64,000 nucleotides of DNA from Candidatus Poseidoniaceae archaeon. Lineage in GTDB: Archaea > Thermoplasmatota > Poseidoniia > Poseidoniales > Poseidoniaceae. Below the pieces are notes generated by a model, which did not search any database, had not been told where the DNA came from, and saw only the letters and a program-made list of their open reading frames with translations. The stretch covers positions 25,552 to 89,551 of the forward strand of contig JAOMTZ010000004.1 of NCBI GenBank assembly GCA_028356125.1. The letters are read 5' to 3'. A program made the translations under genes and the position numbers. This document shows positions 17,818 to 28,099 of the stretch, piece after piece. Position 1 is the first letter of the stretch. Each line of letters begins with the position of its first letter.

Positions 17818-17988
17818 ATGGTCACAATTGAGGAGGATCTCGAGATGTTGGCCACAGCTATAGACATGGGAATTGATCCATTCCCGCCAAAGAAAGAAAA
17901 GAAGCCATGGGCGAAGTATGCAATCGCATCATTCATGAGTATCATGATGATAAGTTGGGTCTCAAAGTTCTTGATTCGATTCGTTTGA
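17818..17988 (+). CDS. Small hypothetical membrane protein (56 aa)
   Basis: Manual translation MVTIEEDLEMLATAIDMGIDPFPPKKEKKPWAKYAIASFMSIMMISWVSKFLIRFV; fills the gap and its stop abuts the convergent stop. Confidence 0.6.
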   Translation: MVTIEEDLEMLATAIDMGIDPFPPKKEKKPWAKYAIASFMSIMMISWVSKFLIRFV

Positions 17989-19608
17989 TCATGCTTTAAT
18001 TCTTTCAAGGATTTCAGGATCTAATTCCATTCCTTGAGACATTTGTGTTCTAACATATTCTGTAACTTCTCTGGCTGTATCTTTGGCTTGTTGAGTTCTT
18101 TTGGCTAAACTGCGCATAGGCATTGCCATACGGTGATTCTTGGGAAAATGCATTTGGTTTTCTTCTAAGAAGTTCCAATACATGTCTGAAATGGGGCAGG
18201 ACTTTTTGAAATGAAGTGAACAATCTCCACAATAATCTCCCATCTTTTTGATGTATGGTGTACCGCTAACATACGGTTTAGTTGTCATAACATCTCCAAC
18301 GGCATAGGTTCCCATTGCAAGCACGTTCGGCTCAACTACCCAATCATATGCGTCCGTAAACATAGCCCAAAACCAATCTGTTAACTCACGAGGATTGATT
18401 CCCAAGAGATTTCCAATATTTGCCAGAACCATGAGGCGAGGAATGTGATGCGCATAACCAGTTTCAACTACGTCTGAAACAGCAGTATCTAGGCATAACA
18501 TTCCACTTTTCTCTCCCCAATAAGTAGGAGGGAGTCCTAGATTATTCTCTAGAACATTGGGTGTAATTCGGGACTTACTCCATTCTCCTTCCCATCCTGC
18601 ACCATTGCGAGCAGGAATATCTTCCTTTTCTATTTCGAACCCATCCGTCAATTCGTGAACATGTCGTACAAATTCTCTCCAGCCAATTATTTGCCGCACA
18701 AAACCTTCTTTCGAATTAAGCGGAATTTCTAATTTCAAAGTATCGTCAAGAAGAGTTTTTGGCATTAATCGATTGAGGTTTAGAAGCGATGAAACCGTTG
18801 TATGAAACAGTGTTTTGTGTTCTTGTGTCATCGCATCTTCGTAAGGTCCAAACCAGTGCATAACCGAAGATTTCGCCCATTTCCAAAGTCGATTCGCATC
18901 AGTTATTGACGTTGGGAGATTAGAAGGAATAATTTTTCCGGGATGGTGTGAATATTTTTCCTCAATCATTTGGATTACTTCGGTTGTGATATTATCTGGC
19001 TTGAATTCAGGATTACTTGGCAACTCTACAGCACCATCCCACGGCAATCGGTTTTGATCATCCAGTGACCATGAACCGCCGACTGGCTTGCCGTCTCCAT
19101 CGAGCATTATACCTCGACTCTTTCTTAGATGGCGGTAGAATTTATCCATTCTCCAAGGTGGACTATCTCCAACACTTGATATGAAATCTTCAGAAGTTGT
19201 TAGCCAGCCTTTGTGATCTAATATCTTGATTTTATTTTCGCTGATAAGATTCGAAATCGATTTTCTGAGAGTTAATTCTGCAGGTTTAGTAACAGTAATC
19301 TCCCCATATTCTTTTACGATTTCTTCTAAAATTAGCGAATATTCTTTTTCGCTAAAGACGTAACTAATCGGGTGGCCAAGTTGCTGCATCTCCAATGCAA
19401 AATGTCTTTGATTGGACAACTGTAGGGCTAATTTTTGTTTGTGATATGGCAACTGTTTTGCTTTCCAAGAAGTTTCTATGAATATCAATCCCAATGACTC
19501 GGGTTCGGCTTCAGGCAAGAGTTCCTGGTTCAGTTGGTCATATGCTACGAAGTGCCAGCGCTCCACCCCGTTCGGAATGTCTAGTAAAGACGAAGAGAAC
19601 GCTGACAC
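17989..19608 (-). CDS. Cryptochrome/photolyase, FeS-BCP (PhrB/CryB-like) family
   Basis: YDQL, HKQK, GGSWSLDDQNR, EGFVRQIIGWREF, YAHHIPRLM, DAYDWV, KPY; 4Fe-4S Cys in MLC, YCGDC and CP. Confidence 0.9.
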   Translation of the reverse strand: MSAFSSSLLDIPNGVERWHFVAYDQLNQELLPEAEPESLGLIFIETSWKAKQLPYHKQKLALQLSNQRHFALEMQQLGHPISYVFSEKEYSLILEEIVKEYGEITVTKPAELTLRKSISNLISENKIKILDHKGWLTTSEDFISSVGDSPPWRMDKFYRHLRKSRGIMLDGDGKPVGGSWSLDDQNRLPWDGAVELPSNPEFKPDNITTEVIQMIEEKYSHHPGKIIPSNLPTSITDANRLWKWAKSSVMHWFGPYEDAMTQEHKTLFHTTVSSLLNLNRLMPKTLLDDTLKLEIPLNSKEGFVRQIIGWREFVRHVHELTDGFEIEKEDIPARNGAGWEGEWSKSRITPNVLENNLGLPPTYWGEKSGMLCLDTAVSDVVETGYAHHIPRLMVLANIGNLLGINPRELTDWFWAMFTDAYDWVVEPNVLAMGTYAVGDVMTTKPYVSGTPYIKKMGDYCGDCSLHFKKSCPISDMYWNFLEENQMHFPKNHRMAMPMRSLAKRTQQAKDTAREVTEYVRTQMSQGMELDPEILERIKA

Positions 19609-19698
19609 AATTGCAAGATTGTAGTTCTGCTTTTGAAAACTTGTTGCTAGTCATAGAATAATACAGACATTATTAATCAGATAGAATGAGATTAATCC

Positions 19699-20520
19699 AT
19701 GCCAGAAGGGCCTGAAATCCATCGTGCTGCGAATAAGATTCGCAAAGCATTGGAGGGAATGGTCATCGAAGATGTTGAAATCACAGTGCCACGATTCTTT
19801 GAAGCAAGACAAGATTTCATTGGAAAAACAGTCAATCGTGTTGAAGCTCGTGGAAAAGCAATGCTGATTCACTTTGACAATTTTGTTATGTATAGTCACA
19901 ACCAATTGTATGGACGATGGACTGTAAACCTAAAAGAAACGGCTGCTAAGAAGTGGAATCGTTCTCTTAGAATCTCGTTAACAACTGAAAAACACACTTG
20001 CCGTCTATGGTCTGCAACCGATATTTTGTTGATGGAACCTTGGGAATTATCAGGCCACTCATATCTCTCAAAGTTAGGGCCAGATGTTGTCATTCCTGAA
20101 ACTACGGTCGAGGAATTGGTTGAACATATGAACCAGAAAAAGTTCCAAAGAAGGCGTTTGAAGGTTCTGTTATTGGATCAAGGTTTCTTTGCAGGAATTG
20201 GTAATTATCTACGCAGTGAAGTCTTATTCACTTCTGGTCTCCACCCTGATAGAACAGTATCTTCACTTAGTGATGAAGAGAAGAAAAGGCTTGCTGAACA
20301 AGCCTTATTCCTGTCTCGTCAATCATATGATGTTCCAGGTATTACCGTCGATTTAGACCTGTATGACAAACTCAGAAGCGTTGGCCAGTCTCGAGGAAGA
20401 GCAAGGCACTGGGTATTTACTCGTAATGACAGAGAATGCCACAATTGTGGGCATCTAATCATTCACACACGTCCTGGGCGTAGAAGGTTGGACTATTGTC
20501 CAAATTGTCAACCTGAATGA
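19699..20520 (+). CDS. nei: Endonuclease VIII (Fpg/Nei DNA glycosylase)
   Basis: MPEGPE, RGKAML, SHNQLYGRW, GIGNYLRSE, C-terminal zinc finger. Confidence 0.92.
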   Translation: MPEGPEIHRAANKIRKALEGMVIEDVEITVPRFFEARQDFIGKTVNRVEARGKAMLIHFDNFVMYSHNQLYGRWTVNLKETAAKKWNRSLRISLTTEKHTCRLWSATDILLMEPWELSGHSYLSKLGPDVVIPETTVEELVEHMNQKKFQRRRLKVLLLDQGFFAGIGNYLRSEVLFTSGLHPDRTVSSLSDEEKKRLAEQALFLSRQSYDVPGITVDLDLYDKLRSVGQSRGRARHWVFTRNDRECHNCGHLIIHTRPGRRRLDYCPNCQPE

Positions 20521-20623
20521 ATTGCAAAACAGCCGAACTTAGATGTATTCAGATATCACAATAACTGGGATTTATGCAACTCCACATCCGCTGAATATCT
20601 TTTCTTGAATTAGATAAAATCAT

Positions 20624-21745
20624 TCAGTTTTGCTCTTCAGTATCTTCTGAATGTTCAGGGAATAATGCCATTACTTCCTCTGCGGGCTGAGCAAAGAACG
20701 TGTAAAAATCTGCAAGATATTCATCCTTGGTCTTGTTGAAGTTATTCTCAAATGCAACCTCAAACCCTAACTCATCTAGGTCTCCATAGAATCCATCAAT
20801 GAACGCAGATTCTCCTTCATTATGAATCAGATAAGCGATGAACCAAGCACCAACGTCGTAAGCATTCACTTCAGAATTGTATCCAAGTTGATCTAACTCT
20901 TCATCTTGAGAATTATATCCTTCTTGTGACATTTCCAACTTACGCTGCATAACTTCTCGAAGATAGTTTTCACCTACTCCATCTTGAGTAGAATACAATG
21001 ATTGAGCCATGAATTCAGCTCCGCCTTCTGCGAACCAGGGTTTGTCTTTTCCTCCCATCTTCGGGTCTCTCTCACAGGTATCTCTACTGTCTCCGCTGCA
21101 CTCATCACTAATCTGTGAATGTTGGAAAATATGGAAGTATTCGTGAAGAGTAACCGGCTTGTAGTCATCTTCTTCTGGCCCCGGATACTTAGCAGACATG
21201 ATCATCATCATGAAGTCATAATCGAGGTATGTTCGCTTGAAAGTACTGATAGCGGCTCCTCCTTCATCGACATACCTTGTGAAAATTTGATAGTTCTCAT
21301 TTGCACAATCCCACTCTTCATTCCAGTTGGAGTCCAGTGCCTTGTGGCGTTCACAGTACATATCTTCCAAGTCTTTTGCAGCATCTAGGTCTTCACCTAT
21401 TACGTATATTTCAACAGGGCCGTAGTTACCCCATTCTGTTGCTGCAATATTGTACCATTCTAGTGTGAGGTTAACCGTTTCATTGGAGACATCTGCAGTC
21501 CTGAATATTTCAGGCGCAGCGCAAGTTTCTACGCTCCATTCCAGCGTTCCATTAGTACCGTCTGGGCAAATTATTGCATAAGGAGAAACATCAGGTCCAG
21601 TGGTTGAGTTTCCTGGTTCGTTGTCCGAGTCTTGTGCGATGTCATCTTCTTTGTCAGAATTAGAATCGTCATCACTACCTAAGCATCCTGCTATGGACCC
21701 GAGAACAAAGGTTAGGGATAGGAAGAAGGCCAAGTGTTTCTGCAT
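20624..21745 (-). CDS. Lipoprotein, putative zincin-type metallopeptidase
   Basis: IAGC lipobox; LHEYFH plus WFAEGGAE (gluzincin-like). Confidence 0.6.
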   Translation of the reverse strand: MQKHLAFFLSLTFVLGSIAGCLGSDDDSNSDKEDDIAQDSDNEPGNSTTGPDVSPYAIICPDGTNGTLEWSVETCAAPEIFRTADVSNETVNLTLEWYNIAATEWGNYGPVEIYVIGEDLDAAKDLEDMYCERHKALDSNWNEEWDCANENYQIFTRYVDEGGAAISTFKRTYLDYDFMMMIMSAKYPGPEEDDYKPVTLHEYFHIFQHSQISDECSGDSRDTCERDPKMGGKDKPWFAEGGAEFMAQSLYSTQDGVGENYLREVMQRKLEMSQEGYNSQDEELDQLGYNSEVNAYDVGAWFIAYLIHNEGESAFIDGFYGDLDELGFEVAFENNFNKTKDEYLADFYTFFAQPAEEVMALFPEHSEDTEEQN

Positions 21746-21871
21746 GTTCTTTGCAAGTAGTGGAGATTAATGAGGATAATCTAAATCAGACACGCTCCAT
21801 TTGTCTCATCTTTCCCCAAAGCGAAACAAGTTGACCGTAATGATAATGTAATCAATGTTAAATTAAAGTAT

Positions 21872-24800
21872 ATGCGTAAGGCTCTATACCTCAGTAAACC
21901 CATATTTATATCATTGATAATGGTGCTTTCTACCACTCTAGTACCTGGCTGTCTTGACGGTTCGAGTGAGGATGAAGATACCGGTGTAAATGCAACTGCT
22001 CCAGCCACTCCAAGAGAAGCGATGGGATTGTGGCTGCCAACGATTGATGGTCATATAGGGCAACAGTCAGGAACTTTGTATGGAGAGTGGATGGATTCTT
22101 ACAAACAAGACATTGAATTAAAAGATCAAGATGGTAATTCAGCATTTGCAAGATTAATGGTCAAATCTGTCGACCATTCGATTTCTCTGGCAATTACATC
22201 AAGTGATTTTGATGTTTCTCCTGCAAATATCTTAGTACATTTGAATGACAGAACATTGGTTAGTCAGGTTGAAGGTAACCCTGCACTGAGTTACATGTCA
22301 ATGGATTGTGAATTGGTTGATTGCGGAATAATGACACCCGTTGCTTCAGATGCTGAGGGAAGAAGCATTTCTAATCTTGATTCGCTAGTCCCTATGGCAC
22401 CTGTAAACTCAATCGCTTCCACATTTACCTTCATGACAAAAAATCTTGTCACTGAAGCAACAGCACTAAATTTCTTCACAGATTCGACACAGGCTGATGT
22501 GAAGATTGAGATTATGGTTAATGGAAAAGAGTGGATGTACGAACAAGCGTTCAATTTCGATTGGGTTTTGCCACTTATTTATCCAATCACAGATGTTTCT
22601 GTAGAAAGAATTGAGGTTACTCAAGCAATTCAAACAGCGAATAATGATGTCCGATTAGTCGAAGGGAAAGATACCCTGGTACGAGTGTTTATCGATAGTG
22701 GAGATTTTGCAACTGTTGATGTAAAGGTTACATTGCAGTACTGCATCTTAGTATTCTGTACTAAATCAATCGAAAAGATACACACTGCAGTCCAGAATCC
22801 ACAACGTAAAAATTATCTCGATAGTGCTAACTTCCAATTACCTGCAGATTGGGTAACGCATCCGGGAATTGATGACCCAATTCCAATTGGATTGTTTGCT
22901 AAAATTGAGCATATTTCTCCAGACGGAGAAATCGCCTATTTAGATACAAATACGGCTAATGACAAGTTATTCCATGTGGCTTGGTTTAACGCAACTCACG
23001 ATCTAAACTTGCATTACGTACCAATTACATTTGATGGATCTATACCCTCTGCAACAATGATTTCAAAGGGAACCGAGGGGCTAGATACTGTTTTCCCTAC
23101 TAATGTAAATCCAGTTGAGATTGATACTAGACTATTCAGAACTGCATCTGATTATAATGCAGGTGATTTCAAAGTTCAAGGAATTGAGTTGCTTAATATT
23201 CTAATGATTTATTCTGAAATGACGGGTAATATTCCCTATCCTGACCAATTAGCCTTACTTTTCCCAAACGGAGAAACGCTGATTTCTGAAAGTTCAGGTG
23301 ATGGAATATGCGGTTCGAGTACACCTGAGTGGGCTTCTGGCAGCGAATTAGACATCAATAGTTTTGTGACGATTTCCAAATTATCAAATGCTTGCTTAAA
23401 AAAACATGTAGTTGCTCATGAATTAAACCATAATTTGGGACCTTTAGGGGGTACTTATGTTGAAACTTGGCCTTGGATAAACTGTACTACGGGAGTTGTT
23501 GATGTAAACGATAATGGCGTTTATGACCCTGGCATTGATGAATGTGAAGAAGAAGAAATCGGAACTGCTAGTGAAACTATTGCTTGGGGTGTAGGAGATG
23601 GAACGTGGGGAGGACATATTGGCCCTGAGTGTGGGGCGGATGGTGATGATACTACGTGGAATGATTTGTACGGTTCTGATAGAACCATTGAAGATTTAGG
23701 GTGGACTTCTTGGTTCCCAGATACGGAAACTAATACTGAGTCGTTAATTAGTCCGGATATCCGAGAACTGCAGGGATATTGTTCTGGCGGTGGCGACAAC
23801 ATTTACTTCGTAAGATGGGTTTCAATTTACAGGTGGGACCATCTATTTGATTTGTTCAGCGATTGGGAAGTTGGAAACCCAACTGGACGCTCTGATGATG
23901 GCAAGACAAGAATTGTAGCTTTATCCGTCGGCGATAATGCTACTGGCAAATTACACTACACCTACACTATGGATAATTCAGCAATAAAGCCGAAAGAAAG
24001 TGAGATAGATGGCCGAGGTCAGAGGTACGAGGTCAGAGCTTTCGATGAGAATAATGATCTTATTGAGACCGCTGTAATCGTAAAAAACCCACACGAATTA
24101 CACCACAAGCATGAAGGCTTGGAAGTCGAGGAATACACTTCGTTAGTTTTGTTTAAAGAAACAACACAAATGAGTGAAATTCATTTAGTTCATATCGATA
24201 ATAACGGAACCGAAACATTAGTTGATGCATTTTATGATGGTTCAAAACAGCCTCAAATTTCAGTTGATAGAATACCTACTGAAATTAATTCTAGAGATGA
24301 AAAAGTAACTATCTCATGGTCTATTGCTGATGCCACAGAAATGCCAGACGTGTTGTATCAGTTAGAATATTCATGGGGCCATGATATTTGGCTCCCCATT
24401 GGAATACCAGATAGAAACAATTCTGTAACTATGGACTTTGGAATCTTACCAGGTAGTTCACAGGCCGCATTTAGAATAAAAGCAATGAATGGAATGGTGA
24501 CATCTTATGCTACGAGCAATTCATTTAGTCTACCATTCCAAAATCCAACTGCTGAACTTAGCGTTTCAGAAAATTTGCAAGATGGAAAACTGAACTATGG
24601 AGAAGCGTTCGACTTTGAAATTAAGTTCACTGATCCTGATTGGGCCGCTCCTAACCTGAACAGCTGCAAGGCACACCTAGTCAATGATGAAGGCATTGTT
24701 GTTTGGGGAGAAGGTTCTCAAACCTCAAACCGGCTAATCACGAAGAATATTCCTAGTGAATCATATGACCATCATGATGGATGTTTATCAATCATAGGAC

Positions 24801-25216
24801 ATAGCGAAGTTGGTATCAGTTTCCCTAATGAACAAATTTTGAATGCTGAGCTTACACCTGGTGTTTACAAACTCGAAGTAGAATATACTGACGAGCATGG
24901 TGGAATGGTTACTGAGAAGTTCGAGTTCGTAATCGAAGTTGGTCCTAAACAGACAGTAGAATATCGAGAACGGCTATTGGAAAACTACCGCAATGACTTG
25001 GTTCAACCAGGGGAAGGGTTTCCTGATCTAGGTCAAAAAGAATTACAGTACGTTGTGACTTTACAAATGGTAGAAGCAGGGTTTCCTATTGCCATGAAAG
25101 ATTTCTCAGCAGTTGAATTGGGTGAGATGATGATGATTCCAGAATCAAGGCGTGATGAGTTGATAAAACTGGGTGACGATTTGAGTGATGATTTCCTTGA
25201 TGGACTTAAAGATTAG
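21872..25216 (+). CDS. Large lipoprotein with putative zinc metallopeptidase domain
   Basis: VPGC lipobox; IEVTQAIQ..LVEGKDTLVRVF; VAHELNHNLG HExxH. Confidence 0.6.
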   Translation: MRKALYLSKPIFISLIMVLSTTLVPGCLDGSSEDEDTGVNATAPATPREAMGLWLPTIDGHIGQQSGTLYGEWMDSYKQDIELKDQDGNSAFARLMVKSVDHSISLAITSSDFDVSPANILVHLNDRTLVSQVEGNPALSYMSMDCELVDCGIMTPVASDAEGRSISNLDSLVPMAPVNSIASTFTFMTKNLVTEATALNFFTDSTQADVKIEIMVNGKEWMYEQAFNFDWVLPLIYPITDVSVERIEVTQAIQTANNDVRLVEGKDTLVRVFIDSGDFATVDVKVTLQYCILVFCTKSIEKIHTAVQNPQRKNYLDSANFQLPADWVTHPGIDDPIPIGLFAKIEHISPDGEIAYLDTNTANDKLFHVAWFNATHDLNLHYVPITFDGSIPSATMISKGTEGLDTVFPTNVNPVEIDTRLFRTASDYNAGDFKVQGIELLNILMIYSEMTGNIPYPDQLALLFPNGETLISESSGDGICGSSTPEWASGSELDINSFVTISKLSNACLKKHVVAHELNHNLGPLGGTYVETWPWINCTTGVVDVNDNGVYDPGIDECEEEEIGTASETIAWGVGDGTWGGHIGPECGADGDDTTWNDLYGSDRTIEDLGWTSWFPDTETNTESLISPDIRELQGYCSGGGDNIYFVRWVSIYRWDHLFDLFSDWEVGNPTGRSDDGKTRIVALSVGDNATGKLHYTYTMDNSAIKPKESEIDGRGQRYEVRAFDENNDLIETAVIVKNPHELHHKHEGLEVEEYTSLVLFKETTQMSEIHLVHIDNNGTETLVDAFYDGSKQPQISVDRIPTEINSRDEKVTISWSIADATEMPDVLYQLEYSWGHDIWLPIGIPDRNNSVTMDFGILPGSSQAAFRIKAMNGMVTSYATSNSFSLPFQNPTAELSVSENLQDGKLNYGEAFDFEIKFTDPDWAAPNLNSCKAHLVNDEGIVVWGEGSQTSNRLITKNIPSESYDHHDGCLSIIGHSEVGISFPNEQILNAELTPGVYKLEVEYTDEHGGMVTEKFEFVIEVGPKQTVEYRERLLENYRNDLVQPGEGFPDLGQKELQYVVTLQMVEAGFPIAMKDFSAVELGEMMMIPESRRDELIKLGDDLSDDFLDGLKD

Positions 25217-25249
25217 TTACACAAATAGACAAGGGCCACGGTGTGTCAA

Positions 25250-25378
25250 TCAATTCTCCAAGCTACTTGCCCAGGTATACAAGATTCCACTCAATACACA
25301 ACATGCATAGAAAACAGTCCGAATTGGGTGGTACTTCATAGCCCTAAACCAATACTTCGGATTCAATAGATACAACAT
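25250..25378 (-). CDS. Possible small membrane peptide (42 aa)
   Basis: MLYLLNPKYWFRAMKYHPIRTVFYACCVLSGILYTWASSLEN in an otherwise empty 290-bp gap. Confidence 0.3.
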   Translation of the reverse strand: MLYLLNPKYWFRAMKYHPIRTVFYACCVLSGILYTWASSLEN

Positions 25379-25508
25379 GATAGTTACTCTGACTTAGTCG
25401 ATTGTAATACTATCGCTTGAATTGTGGATAATCAATGCACAACCAAATATGTTGATTTTCATTTTCAAAATTACATCAATTCTTAAGCAGTCCTGCTTTC
25501 GACGAATT

Positions 25509-25889
25509 ATGCATTTCTACGTTCCAGGTGCGATTGCGGGAATTATTATTTTCCAGGTTGCTATTATCATTCCAACACTTTCGAAAAAGTTGGCTGCAAA
25601 TGAATTTGGTAAAGCGATTAGAGGATTATGGCCTAAATTTTTCATATTCATAGCGGTATTAGCAGCGACCAGTTTAGCGATTATGATGATTACCGGCGAT
25701 GGTGGAAATTACCACTTAGCCATTTCAGGATTTACTTTACTTGCTTCCTCAATTTGTTATCTGATTACCCCAGCAACCAACCGCGCTAAAGATGAGAATA
25801 ATATGAAGAAGTTCGATCTGTTACACAAACTAAGCGTTTGGCTAACAATCACAATACTGCTGACAAATATCGCCTTCCTATTCATCTAA
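25509..25889 (+). CDS. DUF4149-like membrane protein
   Basis: 4 TM segments; ITPATNRAKD..FDLLHKLSV; start set at MHFYV. Confidence 0.75.
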   Translation: MHFYVPGAIAGIIIFQVAIIIPTLSKKLAANEFGKAIRGLWPKFFIFIAVLAATSLAIMMITGDGGNYHLAISGFTLLASSICYLITPATNRAKDENNMKKFDLLHKLSVWLTITILLTNIAFLFI

Positions 25890-25989
25890 TCACAGTGAAG
25901 TTGTTTTTTGTAGGATTGATGAAACACTGTTTCTGAAATCTGGCTGGTGAGAATCAAGATTCTAAAAGTAGAACCTCGATAGCACTACC

Positions 25990-26631
25990 ATGAGGAGAAT
26001 CCTAATCCCGGTTCTATTGGTTGTTTTTTTCTCTGTAACTGTAAGTGCAGAGTCTTACATAATCACTGGGCGAGCCACATATGCCGACAATTCTCAAGTC
26101 CAACTTTACGACATTGGAATAGATTGTGAGGATGGTGAAAATGATTGCCTGAAGTTCCGTGGTAACACAGCTCAAACCGATAGATACGGCAACTACACAA
26201 TGGTTTTGTCTGTTAATGAAGAAGATAATGGTACAAGGATTCTCCTAACATTAAGAGGTGAAGAATTCGTTCACAACATCGACTTGGGACTCCTTGAATC
26301 ATCACAAGGTACGATCACTCAAAACATCAAACTCTCTCAATATCCATCTCCTGCAGGTTCAGGATTCAGTTCGGGATGTTGTTTACTGCTATTCGTAATC
26401 ATGGCCGTTTACATCCTTGCAAAGACAGCTAGAATGCTTTCCACCAAGCAAGGCAGGCTTCACTTTAGAGGGTACAAACCAGTGAAGACCCTAGAGTGTC
26501 CAAAGTGCAACCTAGTAGTGTCCCAATCTCAACTCCTACGTCATCTCGTGGTAGAGCACGACATGGACATTACTGATGCTGGGCAACTTACTGGTAAAAC
26601 GATGAGAAAGACCTGGTCTGAAGAAGAATGA
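25990..26631 (+). CDS. Membrane protein with extracellular domain and C-terminal C2H2-like zinc finger
   Basis: Signal peptide, TM, CPKC..LLRHLVVEH. Confidence 0.7.
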   Translation: MRRILIPVLLVVFFSVTVSAESYIITGRATYADNSQVQLYDIGIDCEDGENDCLKFRGNTAQTDRYGNYTMVLSVNEEDNGTRILLTLRGEEFVHNIDLGLLESSQGTITQNIKLSQYPSPAGSGFSSGCCLLLFVIMAVYILAKTARMLSTKQGRLHFRGYKPVKTLECPKCNLVVSQSQLLRHLVVEHDMDITDAGQLTGKTMRKTWSEEE

Positions 26632-26673
26632 TGCCGGATTGCATTTTATCAATGAGTTTGGTTTAGGGCAATC

Positions 26674-27510
26674 ATGCGAATCAGTCACAGCACTCCAAAC
26701 GGGGGCGAAGAATTTGTTCATGAAGTCCCTCAATTCGGCCTAGGGGTCTTCCTAATGTCTGAAGAAGGTGAATGTAAAAGTTCAGTTCTCGCAGCACTAG
26801 AGGCAGGCTACACTCACATCGATACCGCACGTGCTTACAATAACGAACATGAGGTTGGTGAAGCGATTAAGGAGTCTGGAGTAGACCGTGAATCATTGTT
26901 CATTACTACAAAATTACGTCGAGGTCACGCAACTGGATACGAAGAGGTTCTAGAGCATTGCAAGAAATCTCTTGAACTCCTTGATACAGATTACATCGAC
27001 TTGTATCTTGTCCACGCTCCGCCAGAGAATTCAGAACACAGAGCTCCTGTTTGGAAAGGAATGGAGTACTGCCTTGAACAAGGCTGGGTCAAAGCAATCG
27101 GTGTTTCAAATTACGGCGCAACCCATCTTGAAGGCATGAAAGAATACGCATCTTACATGCCAGCAGTTAACCAAGTCGAGTTCAACCCGTGGCTACAGCG
27201 TCCACAATTATTCCAGGCCACAGAAGGAATCGGTGCCAAAGTCATGGCCTATTCTCCTTTGGCTAGAGGTCACAAAGTCGATGATCCAGAACTTGCAACA
27301 ATTGCACAAAGGCTTGGATGCACTCCTGCCCAAGTAGCGATAAAGTTCTGTTATGATAGTGGCTGTATCACAATTCCAAAGTCTAGCAGACCTGAACGGA
27401 TTGTTGAAAATCTAGCATCTTTAGAAGTCGATATTTCTAGTGAGATGGAAGCGATAAAGGCCATGGAATGTAATTACGTTTCAGGCTGGGATCCAACGAG
27501 CGAGCCTTGA
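26674..27510 (+). CDS. Aldo/keto reductase
   Basis: IDTARAYNNE, ITTK, DLYLVH, IGVSNY, IPKS. Confidence 0.92.
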   Translation: MRISHSTPNGGEEFVHEVPQFGLGVFLMSEEGECKSSVLAALEAGYTHIDTARAYNNEHEVGEAIKESGVDRESLFITTKLRRGHATGYEEVLEHCKKSLELLDTDYIDLYLVHAPPENSEHRAPVWKGMEYCLEQGWVKAIGVSNYGATHLEGMKEYASYMPAVNQVEFNPWLQRPQLFQATEGIGAKVMAYSPLARGHKVDDPELATIAQRLGCTPAQVAIKFCYDSGCITIPKSSRPERIVENLASLEVDISSEMEAIKAMECNYVSGWDPTSEP

Positions 27511-27519
27511 GGTGAGGAT

Positions 27520-27879
27520 ATGAAAAGCATCAACTTTGCAGATAAACTTAGTAAATTTTCAGACCACTGGTCGCCTAAAGTAATCGCAGAGATGAACGAT
27601 TACCAATTCAAACTAGCCAAGCTCGAAGGAGAGTTTGTGTGGCATAATCATCCAGATACTGACGAGGTTTTTATCGTGATTGAAGGCTCTATGAAAATAG
27701 AGTTAGAAGATGGAGTAGTCGAGTTAGGTGCTGGTGAAATGTATGTTGTTCCCAAAGGGGTAATGCACAAACCGGTTGCAGAAAAAGAGTGTCAAATTAT
27801 GCTGGTTGAGCCACGTGGAGTAGTCAATACAGGTGAAGCAGATAGTGACCTAACTGCTGAAAACGATGTCTGGATTTAG
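27520..27879 (+). CDS. Cupin domain protein
   Basis: WHNHPDTDEVF...VPKGVMHKP; GAGGTGA SD. Confidence 0.9.
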   Translation: MKSINFADKLSKFSDHWSPKVIAEMNDYQFKLAKLEGEFVWHNHPDTDEVFIVIEGSMKIELEDGVVELGAGEMYVVPKGVMHKPVAEKECQIMLVEPRGVVNTGEADSDLTAENDVWI

Positions 27880-27980
27880 AACTCAAAGTTCTGGCTACAA
27901 CTCGGATATTAGTACAAGTAGTCTTCATCTGTACCCACATTAACTTCCGATCACAATTCGGGAACAGACGAAATTTAAGG

Positions 27981-28053
27981 TAGTCTCTCCCGGATTTGAA
28001 CCGAGGTCTGCGGGACCAGAACCCACAATGATGGACCGCTACACTAAGAGACT
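27981..28053 (-). tRNA. tRNA-Gln (anticodon CTG)
   Basis: Reverse complement AGTCTCT..GTGGG-TTCTGGT-CCCGC..CTCGGTTCAAATCCGGG-AGAGACTA folds as a cloverleaf; no intron. Confidence 0.95.
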
Positions 28054-28099
28054 AGCAGATGGCCCAAAAGCCTCTCATTCTTCAAGTAAACGGTGCTAA

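Noticed and set aside
17790-18008. 72-aa minus-strand ORF from the track
   Set aside because: It overlaps both neighbours and is better explained as the antisense of the 17818-17988 microprotein.
27880-28053. tRNA-Gln as an integration site for an island
   Set aside because: No integrase and no duplicated tRNA 3' end (att) noticed in the window.
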